From the NCBI RefSeq assembly GCF_006345805.1, contig NC_043003.1:55924001-55988000 (forward strand): 64,000 nt of DNA, in the 5' to 3' direction. Below are positions 49,876-63,900 of this stretch, in pieces; position 1 is the first letter of the stretch, and the number at the start of each line of letters is the position of its first letter. The stretch comes from Octopus sinensis (taxonomy: Eukaryota). The notes under the pieces are model-generated. The model did no database searches. It was given only the letters and a program-made list of their open reading frames with translations, and was not told the origin of the DNA. The position numbers were made by a program, and so were the translations under genes.

Positions 49876-50349
49876 TTCTTTTAGTAGTATATTATCTAAC
49901 TAAGCATCCTTAAATTTATCTCCACAGAGAAAGACAGAGAGGCATTTGGCTTCTATTTCTAGAAGGTCGGTCAACAACGTATAGGCTGTCTTGTTCAGTT
50001 TATTTTGTTGTTGAAAATTTGTTTTGTTGCTTAATCACAAGACAGACCGGATAAATCAGAATTGTGTATATGATCTAAGACGCTTTAGTCTCGATAATCA
50101 CGTTATTTTTTTCTTGGTATTGAGTAATTATTCCTCAAATATCAGATGTTAGCAAATATTTCTTTGGTTTGTTCAGTTCTGTGGTATGTGTGGTTTGAGA
50201 GATTTTGTGAAATGAGAATAGGAAAGAATGTTTTAAAAAAGTAAAGTTATATTACTTGAATCAACGGAGAACGAAAATACAGAGGGGGAGATGTAAATAA
50301 AAACAACCGAAAGATTTGGAGAAAAACGGTACGTATTTAAGAACACAGA

Positions 50350-50960
50350 ATATTTGAAGGAATAGAGGAAAGGAAATCGAGGAAGAAATATTAATATAAT
50401 TAAATATGGACAGTAAGATTAAGAACATTAACAGAATGGAAATTTATTATAAAGACAGAAATATATAAACAAATAAAGGAACAAAGGAAGAGAGAAAGAA
50501 AGACTGAAGTAGAAAAAAGTTGGAAAGATAGACAGAAGCAATGAAAGAATGAACGAATTTGTGTATGAATGAATCATAAAATGAAAAGAAAAGATGGGAA
50601 AACGAAAACAAAAACAAAGCAAGCTAGAGAGACAAAAGGAAGGAATTAAATTAAGAAGATAGCAAGAAAGACCGAAGGAAAGAATGATAGAATGAATCAG
50701 CAAATGAAAGAGGAATAATACTGGAAAGAAAAAAAGGAATGCTGCAAAAATAGAAATTGAAAAAGTGAAAGAAAGATGAAAAGGAAGATAAATAAGAATA
50801 AAGAAAGATGAAAAGAAACATGGAAAAAGAGAAATAAGGAGGCAAATGAAAGAAGAAAGAAAGAAAGGATGAAAGAAAGAAAGAAAAAGAAGCAAAGACA
50901 TGATAGAAAGAATGAAAGAAAGAAAGGAAAAGCTAAAACGAAATATAAATTAATTAAAAA
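50350..50960. repeat. Purine-rich (GA/GAA) low-complexity tract
   Basis: Read directly. It explains the F/L/S-rich minus-strand ORFs 50428-50963. Confidence 0.85.
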
Positions 50961-51547
50961 CAAAGAAAGTAACTGTTTAATTTTAAAAGACGGCTAGAAA
51001 AAATGTAAGAAAGTGGATTAGCCTGCGTATTAGATATATTTACCAAGTCACATCTCCAAGATTAGTTTCACTTTCGTTCCCAACCTCAAATAAAGGGTAC
51101 TGGACAACACCTTTTGATCTTTCACAGCATACGGATATATATATCAAAGTCTTCCATGTATCATCCTAAGAGACAAATTATTTTCGAGAGCAGTTTCTTT
51201 AAAATGTAGATTCTACAGATTTTTTATGCAGAGTGATAGGCAGAAATTCAAAAATATATAGATGATGAAGAAGAGCCATTAGACAAAATATATTATGTTC
51301 AATTTTGTTTTCTTGTTGATGTCATTGTCGTTCAACTACAGCCATGCTGGAGCATCAAGTTGGAGGGTATTAGTCGATGATATTGTCCTTAGTAATTATT
51401 TTAGTTTGATACATATGTTAACGATTTCCATTTGCGCCACATCCATTAAAATCTTTTTGTGTGTGTGTCTATCTAGCTATATATAAATCTATCTAGCTAT
51501 ATATAAATCTATCAATAGACAGAGGTAGATAGATAGATAGATAGATA

Positions 51548-54500
51548 TGTTTCTTTATTAGCCACACAGGGCTGCACACAGATAGAACAAATTACAAGGT
51601 AGAGCTTTTCTTTTGGGGGTAAAAAAAAGGGAGTGGTGGTTTTCGATCAAAAGGGATCGTAAAAGGAAAGAAAGAGGACTAAAAAAAAGGGAGGGGTTAA
51701 TAAAAAAAAAAAAGGTGGGGGAGAGCAAAAAAATTTATCAATAGGGATCGTTATCACAGAAATATCAATATGAAGTGTAAAGGGGAGAACAGGTGAGGTT
51801 TACCCGTGGAAAGAAAAGCCTACGGAAAAGACCACGGTAACCTCGGTCAATGAAGTCACATGTTATATTTCTTTTTTTTTTTGCAAATAAGCAACTCTCT
51901 GTATTAATTTTTACGGTTCATAGAATCATAGTCAAGGTGGCTTCGTCATTCATACGTGCCATCCTTGCTACATTCACCCATCTTTTTTTAAAACATTCAC
52001 TAGACAAAACTTGCCTCTCTACTCTCACTTTCCGCTTCAAGTGATACTTGAAGAAGTTGATGAGAGATTGACCAGAGAGGAAAGTGTTTGTCTCTAATCC
52101 TTTCAGGCGCGTCCACCAGATACATTCTTTCGCCATAGCCACAAGTATGATAAAAATAGCTCTCCTTCCCGTTTGAAGGAAGGAGGCGTGACGATATTAA
52201 CGATAGACTCGGCTGATAAACCGACAACGTCCCACACGTGACAGCAGTCGTTCGACATAAGCCCACAGGTCGGAAATTGCTGGACACTGCACGATTGCGT
52301 GCAGAGCGGTTTCGTCGCTCTGCCCGCATCTCGGGCAGGTCGGCCCCGTGTTTCTCGAGCGGGTAGCGCTTTTCGGTAGCACCGCCAGGCCAGGGATCTC
52401 TGGAAGTTGTCCATAGGTCCCGGGCCGAAAGTCGTTTGAAACAGGCGGGTCAGGTATTCCTCGTCGACGTCCAGGTTTGCCCCGAGCTCGTCGTCGTACC
52501 TCCCCTCCACTAATCCCCTATAGATGCGCTTTGGTTGTGTTGAAGTCACTCAAGGTCGACCCGGGACGGCAGAGTTGCTTGAGAGCAACGCGACACTCGC
52601 GGTGCCATTCGCCCTTCTCGGCCTCTTTTTGATCCACGACTGTAGTTCGGTCATGGAGACGAGTTGCGGGAATGCGTGCCTCACAAACGGCGACCACACC
52701 TGTTCACCGTCGTCTACATAGAGCCGGAGATGCGCAGTCTCAGCGCGTGTCTGCGCATCATCAACCACGGCATGCCCAGCCCTCCTTTTAACGGGTGTTG
52801 ACAGCAAATGGATCGCCTGACCATCGGGACGCATCCTTTCCACAAGAAGCGGAAGAGGATGCGTTCTAGTTTGGTGATGGTAGGGTCGGGACAAGGTACG
52901 ACGGTCAGGCGGTAGTAGATGATGGACGCGATGTACGCGTTCACCACCTCCGCCCGACCTTTTAGGGACAGTTTCCTCTCGGCCCATTGCTGGGCGAGAG
53001 TGACCACCCTACTCGTTATCTCGTTCCAGTTCTTCTCCATTTGGAGGTCCGGACCGAACCAGACCTCGAGCAACTCAACCGGGCCGTCTGTCCAGCGTCC
53101 CACGACGGAGGTCTGGTGGACGGCATGGGCTTGCTTCTCCAGGTGCCGAGCCGCAAGCCCACTGACTTTTCCCGGTTGATTTTTGCTCCTGTCACCGCTT
53201 CGTAGTCTTTCAGTGTCTCGCCGACCCGCTCGATGTGCTCGTGGCTTGACACTATGACGGTGACGTCGTCCGCGTATGCAGACACGCTCGTCCCGCATCC
53301 CAATTCTCGCGGGGGATGCCCCTTAGAGTCGCCAGCTTCCGCAGTAGTGGCTCAAGAGTCAATACGTATAGAAGCGCCGAGAGGGGGCATCCCTGACGGA
53401 CCGAACGTGCAACGTCGAAAGTCTCGATAGATGTCCATTTACGCGAATTACCGAACGGATGCCTCTGTACAAGGCAGCTATCCAGCCGCGAAGACGGGAC
53501 CGAAACCAGCCGCTCTCAGGACTGCCTCCAAGTATCGATGGTATACCCTATCAAAGGCTTTCGATTGATCCAAGTTGATCAGGGCCCCACCCATGCCAGG
53601 TTCGTTAACTACCCTGTCTATGATGTAGCGCATCAGATGGAGGTTGTCATGGATGCTCCGGCCCGGCACGGCGCACGTTTGTGCGTTGTCGACCAGTTTC
53701 TCCATGACAAGCGCCAACCTCTTGGCTAACACCTTTGTCAAAATTTTCAGGTCTGCATTGAGCAGCGTGATTGGTGTAAAGTTATCTATAATGTTTCCCT
53801 TGTTTGGATCTTTCTTCAGCAGAGTTACAGCTGCTCGACTCACAAAACCGGGTATGCTCCCGCTTTGCTGCCAGTTGCAGTATACCGCTGCCAAGACGTC
53901 TCCAAACAAGTCTGGCATACAATTGTAAAACTCGTAGGGTAGACCATCCAAACCCGGTGATTTGTCCCTCGAGCATTCTGCTATCGCTTCCTGCACTTCC
54001 GCCGCCGTGATGGCACCTTCGCAGCACCCTGCCTTTCTTGTCGAGAGTCGTGGCAGGCTATGTAGGTAGGCACTGAAGTCCACCCTACGTTCTTGCCCTC
54101 CACTCGTCCCGAACAGTCGGGCAAAATGCTGCTGAAGGCCTCACACAATTTACTTGGCTCGAGCAATTCGCGCCCCTGTTCATCTACCAGTGACCGAATG
54201 GTGGCTTGTTGCCCTGTTGCGCCTCTGCCACCCGGGCCTCTCCGCGGCTCCAACACCTTCGTTCCTTAGAGCACGCATCCTAGCTCTGACAGCACATCTT
54301 TCGTTTGGCGTTGAAGTGTTGGTCGAGGGCCAACCTCGCCGCCAAAACGTCGGATGCGATGCCGCTTCTAATTGCCTCTTCTAGCTTCTTAACTAGCTCA
54401 CCCTCTACTCTATTTCTATCTATGGCTAGTGCTTTGCTGTACCTAATGCTTATGCTTTTACTGCACTCTTGAGGGCAAACCACCATTTGTTGTTGATGAT

Positions 54501-56228
54501 GGCTCCCGTCAAAGCTCTCTTTACTAGTGTGCTAATCCGGTCTCTGAAAACTTGTCTGGACGGGAATGAGGCGTTCAGTTCCAGTACCCAGGACCCTGTT
54601 ATGTGCCTTATCTAAGTCTAGCGTACACGTCACCAATTTGTGATCCGTGTAGCTGACTGTGTGGAATTGTGGACATCCTAAGTTATCCTTGTCTACTGTC
54701 CTACACAGTATCCTATATAGATACGATCTCGACGACCCACTGTGGTTGCTCCATGTCCACGTTGGTGCATTTGGGTGGTCGAGTCGGTACTGTCAGACAG
54801 TTGGAATCGTCTGAGCAGGGTCTGAGGCATTTGCATCCCCTTCTGTTCCTGTCTCTACCCACGGTCTACATGCGTGTCCAAGGTAGCATTCCAATCCCCC
54901 ACTAAGAGTAAGGACGAGACGTTTCCAAGAATACTTCTAGACGTCGAAAGAATCCCCCGACCTGTAAGGGCGGTGCGTAGACTGATACGAGTCGAAAAGC
55001 GCACCCATTGCTGCCGTCAACATCCAGAACGATCATACTAACCCTCGGGTCTTCAATATCGTCTTGACTTCGAGATCCAGGCTCTTGTGAAAAAAGTACC
55101 GCGGTGCCACTACCGCCCATCCTCGGCAGACAGGGAGCGAAATAAATGTTAAACTGTCCGCCCAACATGGACTTTAGGGCCCGTGGCTCGTGGAGTCTGG
55201 TCTCAACTTATGGCTATGATTCCCAAATCATGTGACTTGATGTCATTTAGGAGGTATCTGTTGTCCAAGGAGACCCCAAGCCACGCGCATTCACACAACC
55301 AATCTTGACCATGATTCTATTGGGGTGTGTGTGCTTTAAAACACACAAATGAAAGTACAGAGAGTTACTTATTGTGTCGAAAGTTTTGGCTTCCTCGTTC
55401 TTTGATGTGTCTTCGAGGAGGTTTTATATAGTTTTTGGGACAGATATTTCTGGAAACCCCCTACATCATTTGGGAAGAGGGCTTTGAGTTTGTGGGTGTT
55501 GTGTTTGTGTGATGTGTAGATTTTATGTGGTTTGGGTGGTGTAGTGGCGTGGATGATTGCTATTTTTAAAGTCATCTTCACAAATGTTTGTGTATCCTGT
55601 GATGTACTCCATTAGTTTGGAGTCTTTTGTGTCTATCGCTGATAGCATTGTTTTGTGGTGTTGGTGCTTGTTTTGTTGTGTATGGAGTTTTCAGGGTTCA
55701 GGTATCCCCTGCTTTGGTTGCGATTTCTTGTTTGGTTTTTCTTGATCTTTTTCTTTTACCCCCTGTGGCTATTTGCCATTCTGTCGAAATTCATCGTTAG
55801 ATGAAAAGTCTGACGAATCAGAGGGGGCAAGGGTAAAGCGTCTGGGTGTGTTTGTGCGGTTGTAGATATGTTGTGGGCGCGGGAGGGTGTTGCTGGGGGG
55901 TTTGTTGTGGTTATTGTCTCTCCTACATCCTTGGTGCTTGTCTTCTTCGTTGTTATTCTTGGTGTTGGAATTGGTTATTTGTGTTGGTGGTGATGATTCT
56001 GTTCTTGGCGCTGGTGTTGGTGTTGTTGGTTGGGTTGGCTTGTTCTTTGTTGTTTTTCCTGCATTTCGCATACAGCTTCTTGACTAGCTGTCCATATTGT
56101 GGTGTGGGCAATAATCCTGGCTTTTGGGATTTTCCTGTGGCTGTTGTTGTTGTTGTAATTTGCGGAGATTTGCACTCCTTTTTGAGGTGTGCCTCATGCC
56201 ACATGTATAGTCGTGGCCTTCTGCCCTC
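51548..56228 (-). mobile_element. Tx1/L1-clade LINE, 5'-truncated within ORF1, multiply frameshifted
   Basis: ORF1 end with a broken CCHC knuckle (EGRRP...H LKKEC, about 56225-56170). ORF2 starts MVKIGCVNARGLG at 55312 (APE) and includes FRLVSVYAP, KSPGLDGLPYEFY, PITLLNADLKILTKVLA, LDQSKAFDRV, SAYADDVT and zf-RVT CPRCGQSDETALHAIVQC, with its stop at 51918. AATAAA lies at 51559-51554. Confidence 0.95.
51918..55312 (-). pseudogene. Tx1/L1 ORF2 (APE endonuclease, reverse transcriptase, Zn finger), fragmented
   Basis: Consecutive ORF-track fragments 54902-55168, 54280-54486, 53478-54083, 53016-53303, 52714-53298, 52197-52382 and 51918-52142 carry collinear ORF2 motifs. Confidence 0.92.

Positions 56229-56319
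<91 letters not shown>
56229..56319. repeat. (GATA)n microsatellite abutting the Tx1 5' end
   Basis: Perfect array of about 22 units. A shorter (GATA)n lies at 51526-51547 at the 3' end. Confidence 0.97.
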
Positions 56320-56541
56320 TCATAGGTAAGAGAGTGATAGAGAGAGAGAGGGAGCGTGGGTGAAAACAAAATAAAATCAGTATAGGAAACATAGAGTAGT
56401 GCTCAAATGATGAAGGTGAACTTAGACTCTGACTTTTTCATCCAAGACCGGTGTCTCGGTGTAGAAAGTTAGCTATAAGAGTAATCCTTGCCGGGTTACT
56501 TTTCTTTGTTTTCTAATCTGTATTTTATGCTGCTGCTGCTG

Positions 56542-56593
<52 letters not shown>

Positions 56594-56624
56594 AGATTTG
56601 TGTATATGAATAGACATGTATATA

Positions 56625-56665
<41 letters not shown>

Positions 56666-56727
56666 ACACAAGCACACACACGCGCATATAGATATATATA
56701 TATATACATGTATACACAAGCACACAC

Positions 56728-56769
<42 letters not shown>

Positions 56770-58217
56770 GCGAGAGCCAAGACCAATGATTTCGTAGTTA
56801 AATAATTCTCAGGGCATGTTGTTGTGAAATGAATTTATTAATCACACGCCAAATCATATACCTTATACGCACACACCCATACACCCCCCAAAGATACAGG
56901 CACGCGCGCGCACGCACACATTCATGTACACGTACATACAACTATGTCCATGTATGTATATATGTATGTATGTTTTCATGTATGTATGTATGAGCAAAGC
57001 GATGATACATAAAAACAAATTAAAAAGGAGTGACTAAAGAATTAGAGAGATCGAAATAGAAAGAGAGACGAGATATACAGAGAGTGAGAGAGAGAGAGAG
57101 ACAAAGGGAGAGAGAGAAAGGGAGAGAGAGAAGGGAGAGAGAGAGAGAGAGAATAAACATCTAGAAGCGTGTGATACATAGAATAAATGAAATTGCAAAT
57201 CGACATAAAGGTGGAAAATGGGATTGGTGATTTAAAAGTCTGTAATTGACATATTTAGTGATATGAAATAGGGGCCAGATATTTATAAAGGGTAGGTGTC
57301 ACATACGGTTGATCCCCTTTTTGCTTTGCTGACCTCGGATATTCAGTATTACTGGATTGTATTAATGTGTAGGGGGCTGGTTATTTACTTGCTGGGCCGG
57401 ATGTATGGACTTGGTTGGAGAATGTCGAACGATGAGGAAGTACTTTGAGAATTATAGAGGAGAGAAGGAGAGGAGAGAAGGAGAAATAGAGAGGAGAGAA
57501 GGAAAAATGGAGAGAGAGACAGCGTTAGAGGGAGTTTGAGAGGCGAGAGAAAAAGAAGTGAGAGAAAGAAAGTTTAAGATGCTGAGATAATAATTCATAT
57601 GAGTTATGCTAAAGATTCAGAAGAGTGTCGCAAGCAAGGTCACATAGTTCAATCGCTCATCCTTCTGAATTCAAAACCCGTTAATGATGAGAATTCATTA
57701 ATAATGTTGGATGTGGTGACGGTGAGAGGCGTGGGCAAGATTCGTTGATTATCGCACAAAATGATTTGCGATATTTCGTTAGATTCTATTATAATATGAA
57801 TTCAAATCTTGCGCGGGGACTAATTTATCTTTCATCTTTCCAGAGTTGGGGGATGTTGCTTAGCTGCTTAAACCAATGTCCACAGTGATCAAAAGTATTT
57901 ATTTTTCAAAGTCGTTCCAGCTTTGACCATCCTCACATTTTTGTATAGTTCATTTCTCTAAGACTATATTAACTAATTCAATATTTACGTTTTGTAAAAC
58001 GGCACTATGTGCTGTGAGGGAGTGTTAGCTGCTAATTCTAGCAGGTTTAGTGATCGTGTAGAATATTCCTCGTTAGATCGTGCTTTTAGAATTGATAAAG
58101 GCATTCCCCTCAATTACTGGGTCCTTTTTTCCACCTTAAATTTCGTGGTTCCATTTATACTAAACAAATCATCGAGATAAATTCTGTCTGCCTGTCTCTC
58201 TTTGTCTCTCTCACTCC

Positions 58218-58218
<1 letters not shown>

Positions 58219-58306
<88 letters not shown>

Positions 58307-58307
58307 C

Positions 58308-58346
<39 letters not shown>

Positions 58347-58412
58347 CCTACCTACCTACCTACCTACCTACCTACCTACCTACCTACCTACCTACTACCT
58401 ACCTACCTACCT
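58219..58412. repeat. (TATC)n/(TACC)n microsatellite
   Basis: Read directly. Confidence 0.95.
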
Positions 58413-58791
58413 ATCATGAAGCGTGTCTTGTACATGAGTCCTCAAGTGAAGTTATTGAAAGTGGTTGAAAGTTGCGAAAATGTCAAGAGTGCATGATACT
58501 ACACTAAGCATAAAGCTGTGAGTGGGAATACATGTATTGGAAAGGGCACTTGCCCTTGGGATTTCAGGGAGATCTTGGACGGCGGGGTTCCTCGATTTTC
58601 CCTAGAGGTCCTCCTGTGTCAAAAGAGCCATGAGATCCACCCTTTATTTTTCATTCTTTTCATTTTATTTTTACTATTGTAGACTACGTATGCTTCACAT
58701 CTCTGCTGTTATTGTATATAGTTTATACTTTCTATCCACACACACACGAACAAACACACATACGCACAAACACACACACACACACACACAC

Positions 58792-58849
<58 letters not shown>

Positions 58850-58979
58850 CTCATTTCATTATATGTAAATCCCAATACTTGATGTCTCTTTGTATTCGCC
58901 CTGGTAGCAAATAAAAGAAATCACTACTACTACTATTACTACTACTACTACTACTACTACTACTACGACTATTATTATT

Positions 58980-59030
<51 letters not shown>

Positions 59031-59074
59031 GTTGTTGTTGTTGTTGTTGTTGTTGTTATTATTATTATTATTAT

Positions 59075-59400
59075 TAAAATCTTTCTAAGGAATCTTGCAG
59101 AATATAGTATGATACTCTCTTGCAGGTCGACATGCCGAGTTTCAGTTCCAATCTTTTTCAGTCTCTTAGGTAGCATTTTGTGTGCCGTGCCAAGTGCATC
59201 ATTTACTACAAGAATAATTGCTGATTTAGTCTTCCACAGTCTCTTCAGATCTCTAACTACATCCTGATATTACCCAATTGTTTTTTTTTTTTTTTCAATT
59301 TCTTTGCTATCGACTCTGTTATCATAGCTAGCTGCAAAATTTATGATCTCACACTGTTTATTTTTATCCTCTCAAGGAGACACTATATAAGTTTTGACTG
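59075..59400 (-). mobile_element. R4/Dong-clade LINE 3' fragment (restriction-like endonuclease)
   Basis: Minus-strand DKNKQCEIINFAASYDNRVDSKEIEK...YQDVVRDLKRLWKTK...ALGT...LQESIILYSARFLRKIL, followed by an (AAT)n tail. Confidence 0.8.
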
Positions 59401-60733
59401 GCTGCCATCAACAAGCATGATGGCGTTGTGCCGTGCTGATATGATCAACTGGGTATTTTTTTTTCTTTTTGTATATTTGAATGGTCAATTAATTTTGTCT
59501 TCTTTTCCTTTTCATTGTTCTTTTTTTTTTCTTTGTTAACGTCAATCAATCTTCTTATATGTCCCAAGTACGTTATTCGTCAAATACATCATGTCGCTAT
59601 AAAGTTTAGTTATTGTCAATATAACAGCTAGTGTTGAATGTATGTGAGAAGGAGTTAGAAATTAAATGTGATCAAAATTGCCGCTGTTCAGAGAAATAAA
59701 GATCATTGATTAGATTAAGTTTTTGACACTTGCTGAGGTTACTCAGGCTGATGTTTTTCTGTTCAATCCGTACCGATCACGGGTATAGTAGGAAGTGTTG
59801 TATCACATACTTCGTCTTTTATTTATCTTCTCACGGTATAAAAAAGAAAATGTACGGGATTTTGATTAATTTTTTTATTTGTTATGCTGGCAAGACGAAT
59901 TCGGAGCTGAAATTGGCTGCTGTTTCTTATAGCCTTGGTAATCATATAAATCTCCTTTATGGACTGCACTTTCTGAGAATTGCAGCCGTTCTTATTCCTA
60001 TTACCGATGGTTATATCTCAGTTCTAATAAAACTGACTTGGCCTATGATCAAATATATTTAACGCGTAACGGTCAGGCTTTTGTTCCAATGTTACATATT
60101 TCTTTTCAGCTTACTCGGCCCTACTAGAGCGCACCTGAGATAAATGTCATTCCATTTTCCTGCCCATCCCGTTTCAGCTAAATACTTGATGGCAAATTAT
60201 CCATCGTTAATTAGTCAAAGAGGGAAGGGCAAGACACATGAGTCTTTGCTTTTCAGCGGGTTTCCAAACGTGGTGGGAAGAAAGGAAGACAGTAATAAGA
60301 TAGTCATCCTCAAACCGAAGGTCTAAATGCTAACATCTGAGTAAACATAGATTCAATGTGGTTTGAAGCAGGATTTGCTGTTCTTTTTAGCAGATGTAGA
60401 TCACATAGCTCATGTTTATCATTTAAGAATTGATTTTAGTGTTTAAACCGAGGCCGAGCACCAGTGCAACAGTGCATATTTTTTAATGCACAAACATATC
60501 CTGATTAGGCTTTTACTATCTACAGTCATTGGACTGGAGTACAGTCATACTGGAGAACTACCTTGAAGGCCTCCGTCGTGCAAATCAACACCAATACTTA
60601 TTTTATGCCTGAAACCAATCACATTTCAAACTATTTTCCGAAATACAGTTCTATATTTAAGAGATGAGGAATTATGTACATTATTTATATTATTTACAAT
60701 TGACGGATATATGTCCTCATCTTGTTTGTTGTT

Positions 60734-60775
60734 AACACGTTTCGAGTGATATACCCTCCAGTCTTCATCAGGTGT
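60734..60775 (-). ncRNA. Degenerate hammerhead (same family as 49740-49785)
   Basis: ACAC-CUGAUGA-A-GACUG...CACUC-GAAA-CGUGUU. Helix II is mismatched and 3 nt are lost at the cleavage site. Confidence 0.65.
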
Positions 60776-60843
60776 ATATGGCGTAGTGGTTAAGAGCGCG
60801 TGCTATTAACACCAAGATTCCGAGTTCGATTCCAAGCAGTGAA

Positions 60844-60850
<7 letters not shown>
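60772..60850 (+). mobile_element. Short tRNA-derived SINE or tRNA pseudogene with an (AAT)n tail
   Basis: A box TGGCGTAGTGG (60779-60789) and B box GAGTTCGATTCC (60822-60833). The anticodon and acceptor stems pair poorly, so this is not called a tRNA gene. Confidence 0.75.
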
Positions 60851-60888
<38 letters not shown>

Positions 60889-60942
60889 TATTATTATTAT
60901 TATTATAGTGATAATAATGGTGATGATAATAACAATAATAAG

Positions 60943-63900
60943 CCGACTACGGCTGCTATAATGGTACGATTATAATTGTAACGGCAATGATGGCCGTCTC
61001 CCCACGAGCCAACCAAAGCTAAAAAATGATAACATTATCGTAGCACCAAAATGTTTTTGGAAACTAAAAGAAAACTAAATCAGTATACCAATCGCTTGTC
61101 CTATGGTTAATCTGGAAGCGCGTCCCCCAGGGAAGAGCCAGCCTGGGATCGAAAAGTCATCAACTGGCACAAACTCTCCTCCGAATACGGACATGGATGG
61201 TCACTTGAACGGGAAATCCCCCAACTCGAGCCCTTCCAAGTTCACCACCCACCACAACAACCACAGAAAGAAAAATGTAAGCGGAACAAATGGACCCGAG
61301 AGAGTATAAAGAAGTAATATACGCTTATTACTATGCATTAGGTAGGCCATCTCAAGAGAGACACACCGCAAACTCTTACAGTATATGGAGAACACGGAAT
61401 CAAGACAGTAGGCCCTATTTGGACGAGAACAAATTAGCAAATGTGAGGAGGGATATCCTTAGAAATAACAGACTCACAGACAGTGAAATAAGCGCGATCA
61501 AGCACGCAACGGAAAATGACATAAATATAAGCATAAAGAAATGAAGAATCAGATGAACAGTATAGCCCGCCACGAGGCTTATTGAAAGACTGCCATCTGA
61601 CCAAAGTACGCAAAGGCCTGAAGATACAAGAAATTCTATTGTACCTGTTAAAGATAGCCAGGAAAACGAAAAAACAACAGTAACTGAAGATCTCGCATTT
61701 GCTGAAGAACACAGAGAGTCTATGGCAGAAATGAGGCAGAAAATCCTGAATACACTTGAAGTTGTAAGGCATACAAGTATGAATGATAGAGAACCACTTC
61801 ATAAACTCTCAAATACAAACCAAAATAAAAAACAAATCCAAATTGGCAACTATGTAACAAATGAAATAATACGAGAATTAAAACCTGATTTTACTGAGTT
61901 AAATAAAATTATTTACGCTTCTGCTAGGGCAATTGAAACCAGCTGTATGCCCCCGAAAAAACAAAGAAAACAAAACCTGGGAAGAAATCAAACCTGGAGA
62001 AGTAAAATTGAAAAAGAGATTGAATTTATGAGAGGGGAAATATCAATATTAAATGAACTAATATGTGGAAATGATGTAAGATCCAGAACAGGAAGAAAGA
62101 TGAAGAGAAAATTTGGATCCTCACCAAGAGAAGAACTGATATCAATAAAAGAAACGCTGAAACAAAAAGTCCAAGCAAAGTCCAAAGAATACGAAGATTT
62201 GAGAAGAGAAACAAGTTTTACAAGCAAAATAAGCTGTTCACATCCAATGCCTAAAAATTCTACAAAGAAATAGGGAAGGAGAAAGTAACCGTTAAAGACC
62301 CCCCTCCCATGGAAGAAGTTATAAACTTTTGGAAAAATATTTGGAGTGACAAGAAGACGTACAACATAAATGCAGACTGGATTATACAAACTGAAGGATC
62401 CTACCAAAATTTACAACAACAAGCATGGGAAGACATCACAATAGCAGACCTAAGAAAGGCACTCACGAAGGCCCATAATTGGAAATCCCCGGTAAAGATA
62501 GGGTGCCGAATTTCTGGCTCGCATCGCTCCCATGCGCACACGGTAAGCTAGTTCAGCTGCTCAATGGAATTATGAGAGACCCAAAGAAATCACCTGAATG
62601 GTTAGCAAGTGGGATTACTTACCTACTCCCAAAGAATAACGAAACCAACCTTCCAAAAAACTATCGGCCTATAACCTGTCTATCCACCACGTATAAAATC
62701 CTAACATCTATCCTGGCGGAGAAAACATATGCATTCATGGAGAAGAATGATATTTTCCCCATTGAACAAAAAGGGTGCCGCCGAGTCTCTTACGGATGCA
62801 AAGACCAACTGCTAATCAATCGTATGATCCTTGAGAACTGTCACAACAAGCGCAGAAATCTCAGCACCGCATGGATTGACTATAAAAAGCCTTCGACAGT
62901 ATACTGCATCCATGGATCTTGAGATCGCTGGACATCTTCAAAATTTCCCCTGTGATTTCAAACTTCCTGAAGCACAATATGTCGTTGTGGAATACGAATC
63001 TCCAAGTATACCACTCTAATGGAGTACTTGCCTCAGAAAATATAAACATCAACTGTGGAATTTTTCAAGGTGACTCACTTTCACCTTTAATATTCTGCAT
63101 AGCTTTAATACCCCTTACAAGTGAATTAAACAGAACAGGGTATGGGTATAAAATTGCCAATAAAAAAATAAGCCATGGATGACTTAAAACTTTATGGTAA
63201 AGACAATAATGAACTTGAAGGCCTATTGCACACTGTGAAAGCATTCAACGATGACATCGGGATGGAGAATGGACTTGAGAAGTGTGCCAAGGCCACTTTC
63301 CAGAAAGGGAAAGTGAAGACCACAAATTCAGTCGTGTTAGATGTTGACACAGTCATAAGAGAGCTTGAGCAAGAACAAACATACAAAAATTTAGGGATAA
63401 ATGAAGGCTCTGGTATTCAGCATGCAAGCATGAAAGAGAAGATCAGGAAGGAATGTTATAGGAGAGTTCGTGCAGTCCTGAAATCTGAACTAAATGCACG
63501 TAACAAGGTGTTAGCTATAAATTACTTAGCAGTTCCAGTTGTTACTTATAGCTACAATGTGTTGAACTGGAATATGAGTGGAGTAAAGAATATAGATAGG
63601 AAAATACGCAAGCTGCTGAGTTGTAATAGGATGCACCACCCAAAGGCAGACGTAGATCGCCTTTACCTTCCCAGAACCCAAGGAGGTCGAGGCGTGATCC
63701 AATTTGAAGTAGCTTACAAAACAACCACAATTGGACTGGCCAAATATCTCGAAATATCGAATGACTGGATGCTAAAGCTCGTGGAAAATCACGAGAGACG
63801 AAAGAAGCTTCATTCTATCATAAAGGAAAGCAAAAAATTGCTATTGATCTCGTGCAGGATACCCAAACAGAACAACCGAGGGAAGTACGGCAATTATTGT

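Noticed and set aside
60772-60850. Possible tRNA gene
   Set aside because: A and B boxes are present, but the anticodon stem pairs at only about 3 positions and no acceptor stem forms. The AAT tail indicates a SINE or pseudogene.
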